In this document: one piece after another, positions 59,278-64,000 of the stretch
How the letters are laid out: each line of letters starts with the position of its first letter
Numbering within the stretch: position 1 is the first letter of the stretch
Assembly (NCBI GenBank): GCA_047150005.1
Contig: AP038806.1
Coordinates: 736,001 to 800,000 of the forward strand
Source of the DNA: Nitrospira sp.
GTDB taxonomy: Bacteria; Nitrospirota; Nitrospiria; Nitrospirales; Nitrospiraceae
Direction of reading: 5' to 3'
Length of the DNA: 64,000 bases
The notes under the pieces: generated by a model
The model's input: the letters and a program-made list of their open reading frames with translations, nothing else
What the model was told of the DNA's origin: nothing
The model's database searches: none
Position numbers and translations under genes: made by a program

Positions 59278-60630
59278 ATGTCCTCTCTGTGCGTCATACA
59301 TCTTCTCAGGCGTAGCCTGACCGGTCTGTCCATCCTTGCCGCTTTCTGGACTTTTCCTCCGGTCATAACAGCCCAGGCGGAAGTCTCCACCGTCGTGAGC
59401 GAAACCTTTCCCCTTCCGGAAGGGGTGGATGGACAGAGCACAGGAGAAGAGGACGAGCCCGATCCAAATCTGGTCCCGCTGGAAACGGAGGTTCCGAATA
59501 ACGGCCCTACCGCAGCAGAGGATCAATCTCCTGTGCCACGTACCGAGGAAATCCTGGAAATTGCGCCACTGCCCCATTCGGCGGCATCCCGGTTCGCGGA
59601 TTCTTTCAATCCTCCTATCGAGACGCTGCCATCCCAAACTCCGGGAACCGGAGAAGTCTCCATTTATAACGTCCCGATTGTGATGGACCCGTCAGTTCAA
59701 TCCCATATTCGCTATTTCAACACCGCTATCCGTGACCGATTTGAACAGTGGCTCCTGCGGCTCAGTCGCTACCAACCCTTGGTGGAGAATATTTTCGCGG
59801 AATTTCATCTGCCAAGCGACCTGGTGTATTTGTCGCTGGTTGAAAGTGGCTTCAATCCCTACGCCTACTCGCGCGCGAAAGCCACCGGCCCATGGCAGTT
59901 CATGAAGGGCACGGCGAAGGTGTACGGCCTTCGCGTGGACTCCTATGTCGACGAGCGGCGCGACCCGATCAAATCTACCGTAGCCGCCGCTCGATATTTG
60001 CGCGATCTCTACGACATGTTCGGTACCTGGCCGTTGGCGATGGCCGCCTACAATGCCGGCGAAGGCAAAGTGATGCGGGCCCTTCACAAAGCCCAAGCGG
60101 AAAGCTTCTCCGACATATCAAAGACTCGCCTGATCAGGAGAGAGACGAAGGAGTACGTGCCTCGGTTCATGGCCGCCACCATCATTGCCAAGAACCCGGT
60201 TCGCTATGGATTTTCCCAGGGTTCCACGGAACCGCATCAATTCGAAGAAGTCATCGTGGACCGGCCGCTTCATTTCCTGGCCATCGCAAACGTCACCGGC
60301 GTGTCATATGAAGAATTGCGACTTCTGAACCCGGAGTTGCGCCGCGATGCCACCCCCCCGGGCGAGGCCTATCATCTGAAAGTTCCCGTCGGCTTCAAAT
60401 CGAAAGTGGAGCAATTGCTCCAACGCATTCCCAGTCACAAGTTCCCACCGCTCCCCGCAACCCCTCAGTTTACCTCGGCGAAAACGTCTCGCTGGTACAA
60501 GGTCCGCGTGGGAGACACGCTGGAAAAGGTTTCAAAACGGTTCCGCATCCCGCTCAAGACCCTCAAGACCAAAAACAGCCTGACCAGCCCCGTCATCCGG
60601 CCAGGTGATTTCCTGGTCATCAGTCGCTAG
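59278..60630 (+). CDS. mltD: Lytic murein transglycosylase, MltD-like, with a LysM domain
   Basis: LVESGFNP.A.S...A.GPWQFM, DERRDP, AAYNAG, ETKEYVP and LNPEL motifs, C-terminal LysM (YKVRVGDTL). Confidence 0.85.
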   Translation: MSSLCVIHLLRRSLTGLSILAAFWTFPPVITAQAEVSTVVSETFPLPEGVDGQSTGEEDEPDPNLVPLETEVPNNGPTAAEDQSPVPRTEEILEIAPLPHSAASRFADSFNPPIETLPSQTPGTGEVSIYNVPIVMDPSVQSHIRYFNTAIRDRFEQWLLRLSRYQPLVENIFAEFHLPSDLVYLSLVESGFNPYAYSRAKATGPWQFMKGTAKVYGLRVDSYVDERRDPIKSTVAAARYLRDLYDMFGTWPLAMAAYNAGEGKVMRALHKAQAESFSDISKTRLIRRETKEYVPRFMAATIIAKNPVRYGFSQGSTEPHQFEEVIVDRPLHFLAIANVTGVSYEELRLLNPELRRDATPPGEAYHLKVPVGFKSKVEQLLQRIPSHKFPPLPATPQFTSAKTSRWYKVRVGDTLEKVSKRFRIPLKTLKTKNSLTSPVIRPGDFLVISR

Positions 60631-60699
60631 CCTTCCGCCGGACGCAGTAATTCCCTCTCGACCGTCCAACACGGCATACCCGTTTTCGGGTTTCGCCTG

Positions 60700-61491
60700 T
60701 TATTTCTTTTTCTTGCCCGTTTCTGACGCGGAAGGAGTGGGGTTCGTCGACGCAGCCGGAGGAGTCGAGACCGGTTCCGCCGTCCGCTTCGTATCAAGCA
60801 TTTTCGTGCGGACCATGGCCTCGTTGGTATAGGGAGAAGCCGGATAGGACTTGATCAGTTCTTGATAGTGCGCAAGGGCACCTTCCGGTCTTGATTGGGC
60901 CTCTTCAAGCCGAGCCAGCTCGAACAGCGCTTGATCCTTGTTGAGTGCCCCGGTGGACTCCACGATACTCGCAAAGGCCTTCACCGCTTGATCACGATCA
61001 CCTTTCAACAGATACGTGTAGGCCAGACGCTGCCGCGCCAACCCCACCAATGTCGGCTGCGAACCGTAGAGCGCAATAAATCGCTGATACGCTTCGATGG
61101 CTCCGGGATAATCATTCGCCTGCATCAGGGCGTTACCCAGATGAAAGAGCGCCAACGGAGCCGACGGGGTTCTGGGATATTGGTCCACTACCTGCCGATA
61201 TTTCTCGATCGCCGCCTTCAATGTCGCATCGGATTTTGCGGGATCGGTGGTCGGCCGGGTCATGAAAAGCCTGGTCGCCTCCCGCTCAAGATCTTGAGCC
61301 TTTTGCGATGCCTGACGGTCGAACCAAAACACTCCCCCCACTACGACAACGGCAAGCACTAAGACCGACAATCCGACCAACAGCGGTTTTCGATAGTCCC
61401 GCACTCGATGCAGGGCGTGCTCGAGCCCGCTCACAAAATGAGCCTCGTCGACCTGAAGCGTCCTTGCTGGAACCTTGATACGGTAACTCAT
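60700..61491 (-). CDS. Membrane-anchored TPR protein (YfgM-like)
   Basis: Single N-terminal TM followed by TPR units ending YP. Confidence 0.8.
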   Translation of the reverse strand: MSYRIKVPARTLQVDEAHFVSGLEHALHRVRDYRKPLLVGLSVLVLAVVVVGGVFWFDRQASQKAQDLEREATRLFMTRPTTDPAKSDATLKAAIEKYRQVVDQYPRTPSAPLALFHLGNALMQANDYPGAIEAYQRFIALYGSQPTLVGLARQRLAYTYLLKGDRDQAVKAFASIVESTGALNKDQALFELARLEEAQSRPEGALAHYQELIKSYPASPYTNEAMVRTKMLDTKRTAEPVSTPPAASTNPTPSASETGKKKK

Positions 61492-61541
61492 GGCTGATCC
61501 AGGGGTGCTAAGAGATCACTTCCTCCACGACGTCCCCGCGC

Positions 61542-61571
61542 CTTATACTAAGGACCTCCTGACCTTGTCAA
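61542..61571 (-). promoter_or_regulatory. Candidate sigma70 promoter for the YfgM-like gene
   Basis: The minus strand reads TTGACA-N18-TATAAG. Confidence 0.5.
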
Positions 61572-61644
61572 TGAGGCGACAGGGTGGAAGCGCACGCTCA
61601 TGACCTGGGCGGCCGCTGTCCCACGGTATTGGACATCCCCTCAT

Positions 61645-62805
61645 ATGTTTGACAAATTGCTTGGCGATCTCGACGCGCAGCACCTGACACGACACCTCAC
61701 AGAAGTGGCAACTGGTGTCGCACCGGTTGTGAAAATCGACGGACGAGAGATTCTGCTCCTGGCCTCGAACGATTATTTAGGACTTGCCGGACATCCCGAT
61801 ATTATTCATGCAGCGACCGAGGCGACCCGCCGCTATGGGGTCGGATCCGGCGCCTCCCGCTTGGTTTCCGGAACGTTGACTCCGCATAAAGATATGGAGC
61901 GAGCCCTTGCCCGCTTCAAGAGGACGGCCTCGGCACTCGCCTTCGGATCAGGATATCTCGCCAATCTCGGCGCAATCCCGACATTGATCGGTCGAGGGGG
62001 GCTTATTCTCGCAGATCGGCTGTGCCACGCCAGTCTCATCGACGCCTGCCGTCTGAGCGGCGCCGACTTCCGGATTTATCGTCATAACGACCTAAGCCAT
62101 CTCAAGACACTGCTCTCGCACAGGAAGGCGGCCCGGCGGACGATGGTCGTCACCGACGGTGTGTTCAGCATGGATGGGGATCTGGCACCCCTTTCTGAGC
62201 TGTTCGACTTGACCCGGCAGTATGACGTCGAGTTGTACGTGGATGATGCCCATGGGACCGGCGTGATGGGAGAAACCGGACGGGGTACGCTGGAGCATTT
62301 CCACCTCGAGGACGCCATTCCCTTCCATATGGGTACGCTGAGCAAGGCCGTAGGATGCATGGGCGGTTATATCGCCGGCACGGAAACCCTCATCACTTAT
62401 CTGCTGAACACCAGTCGATCATTCATGTATACGACGGCTCCGCCTCCGGGTGCCGCAGCGGCAGCGATCGCCGCGTTGGATATCATGCAACGAGAGCCAC
62501 AACGGCGGCAGCGACTGTGGGCTAATCGCGAGAAACTGTGCAATGGATTGAGACAACTCGGGTTTACCATCGGAGCCACTGCGAGTCCCATCATCCCCAT
62601 CGTCATCGGCCGAGCCGACCGAGCCCTTGCCTTCGCCGAGCACCTGTTCTCGAACGGCGTCTTCGCCCCGGCGATCCGCCCGCCAACCGTCCCCGAATCA
62701 ACAAGCCGCATCCGCGTCACCATCACATCGGAGCACACCTCGGCGCAGATCGACCGCGCAGTGACCGCATTCCGGCTGGCAGGCGAGTCGATCCGACTGA
62801 TCTGA
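61645..62805 (+). CDS. bioF: 8-amino-7-oxononanoate synthase
   Basis: ASNDYLGL, GSGASRL, SGY.AN, HASLIDA, FSMDGD, DDAHG, GTLSKA and AIRPPTVP motifs. Start at 61645 or 61600. Confidence 0.9.
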   Translation: MFDKLLGDLDAQHLTRHLTEVATGVAPVVKIDGREILLLASNDYLGLAGHPDIIHAATEATRRYGVGSGASRLVSGTLTPHKDMERALARFKRTASALAFGSGYLANLGAIPTLIGRGGLILADRLCHASLIDACRLSGADFRIYRHNDLSHLKTLLSHRKAARRTMVVTDGVFSMDGDLAPLSELFDLTRQYDVELYVDDAHGTGVMGETGRGTLEHFHLEDAIPFHMGTLSKAVGCMGGYIAGTETLITYLLNTSRSFMYTTAPPPGAAAAAIAALDIMQREPQRRQRLWANREKLCNGLRQLGFTIGATASPIIPIVIGRADRALAFAEHLFSNGVFAPAIRPPTVPESTSRIRVTITSEHTSAQIDRAVTAFRLAGESIRLI

Positions 62806-62932
62806 TCGAACACCGACGAGTCCGAGTCGACGGTTTCTATCGATTTCCTTGATTTCGCAACAGCCTATGGCATGATGACGTTCGCATTCTGTCTTCATCG
62901 ATCGTCATCCTTTCGCATCGAGGAGCTCATTC

Positions 62933-63991
62933 ATGGATATTTCCAAGCTGCTGACGTTCTCCGCCAAAGAGGGGGCATCCGACTGCCACATCAGTGCCGG
63001 CGAGCCTCCGATGATTCGATTGCACGGCGACCTCAAGAAGCTGGATCATCCTCCTCTGACATCCGAGGAAACCCACGCGCTGATCTACGACATGATGAGC
63101 GACGCTCAGCGCAAGACGTTCGAGGAGAAGCGCGAGTGCGACTTCTCATTTGAGTTGGGCGACATCGCCCGGTTCCGGGTGAATGTGTTCGTGCAGAATC
63201 GGGGCCTTGGCGCGGTGTTTCGAAACATTCCGACCGAAATCATTCCGATGGAAAAGTTGGGCATGCCCCCGATTCTTCGCCAGCTGTGCGACAAGGAAAA
63301 GGGGCTCATTCTCGTCACGGGCCCGACAGGCTCCGGAAAATCCACCACGCTGGCGTCGATGGTCGATTACCTCAACAACACCTTCGAAGGTCACCTTATC
63401 ACGATCGAGGACCCCATTGAGTTCGTGCACAAGACGAAGAAATGTCTGGTGAATCAGCGCGAGCTCGGGGTGCATACCCTCTCGTTCGCCAATGCGCTGA
63501 GATCGGCGCTTCGCGAAGATCCCGACATCATCCTCGTCGGCGAAATGCGCGACCTTGAGACGATCCAACTGGCGCTCACCGCCGCCGAGACCGGCCACCT
63601 GGTGTTCGGCACACTGCACACGTCGAGCGCGCCGAAAACCATCGACCGCATCATCGACGCCTTTCCTCCCGCCCAACAAGCGCAAGTCCGCACGCAGCTC
63701 TCCGAGGCCTTGGAAGCGGTCATCACGCAAACCCTGCTCAAGAAGAAAGCCGGAGGCCGCGTGGCGGCTCTGGAGATCATGGTCGCCACGACCGCCATCC
63801 GCAACCTGATCCGTGAAGCGAAGCTGCATCAGATTCCCGGCATCATGCAGGCTAGTCAGAAAGACGGCATGCAGACCATGGACATGGCCTTGGTCGATCT
63901 GGCCATGCGCGGATTGGTGACCAAGGGCGAAGCCCAGTCGCGCAGCATGAACCCCAACCTCTTCGGAGGTCCCGCGGTCGGCGCGGCCTGA
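62933..63991 (+). CDS. pilT: Type IV pilus retraction ATPase
   Basis: GPTGSGKSTT, TIEDPIE, ALREDPD...GEMRD, AETGHLV..TLHT, the diagnostic AIRNLIRE, and GMQTMD. Confidence 0.96.
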   Translation: MDISKLLTFSAKEGASDCHISAGEPPMIRLHGDLKKLDHPPLTSEETHALIYDMMSDAQRKTFEEKRECDFSFELGDIARFRVNVFVQNRGLGAVFRNIPTEIIPMEKLGMPPILRQLCDKEKGLILVTGPTGSGKSTTLASMVDYLNNTFEGHLITIEDPIEFVHKTKKCLVNQRELGVHTLSFANALRSALREDPDIILVGEMRDLETIQLALTAAETGHLVFGTLHTSSAPKTIDRIIDAFPPAQQAQVRTQLSEALEAVITQTLLKKKAGGRVAALEIMVATTAIRNLIREAKLHQIPGIMQASQKDGMQTMDMALVDLAMRGLVTKGEAQSRSMNPNLFGGPAVGAA

Positions 63992-64000
63992 CAGCCGGAA

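Overview
High-GC bacterial chromosomal segment, probably Nitrospira/Nitrospirota. This assignment is inferred from gene repertoire and protein style and was not checked by a search. The left ~17 kb is housekeeping: the 5' end of gltB, a polyprenyl synthase, DUF1015, an orphan sigma54 response regulator, an amgK-murU-like pair, GH57 plus a GalT-like gene, ttuB-ttuA-like genes, a PagL-like barrel, a DnaJ/CbpA-like chaperone, MarC, Spy-like and PepSY proteins, and ilvD. From ~17.2 to 51.1 kb every gene is on the minus strand. The core of this stretch is a ~30 kb, visibly lower-GC locus (20659-51078). It begins with a type IVa major pilin under a candidate sigma54 promoter. Next come a TPR-fused O-antigen-ligase/oligosaccharyltransferase-family gene and PilG/H/I (xap)-like genes. 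These are followed by a Wzm/Wzt exporter, 11 glycosyltransferases, 6 methyltransferase(-like) genes, a GNAT acyltransferase, an epimerase, a UGM-like flavoenzyme and a WecA-type initiating transferase. This looks like a complete pilin-linked surface-glycosylation system and is the most interesting feature of the window. The right end holds a TPR lipoprotein, dnaB, hisZ, serA, a class V aminotransferase, an MltD-like enzyme, a YfgM-like protein, bioF and pilT. No rRNA, tRNA, CRISPR array or transposase was recognised. Smaller signals are a sulfur carrier with a C-terminal extension masking its GG, several apparently leaderless genes, a truncated YD-repeat-like gene remnant beside a REP-like palindrome, and an inverted heptamer array. 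All product calls come from motif recognition by eye.
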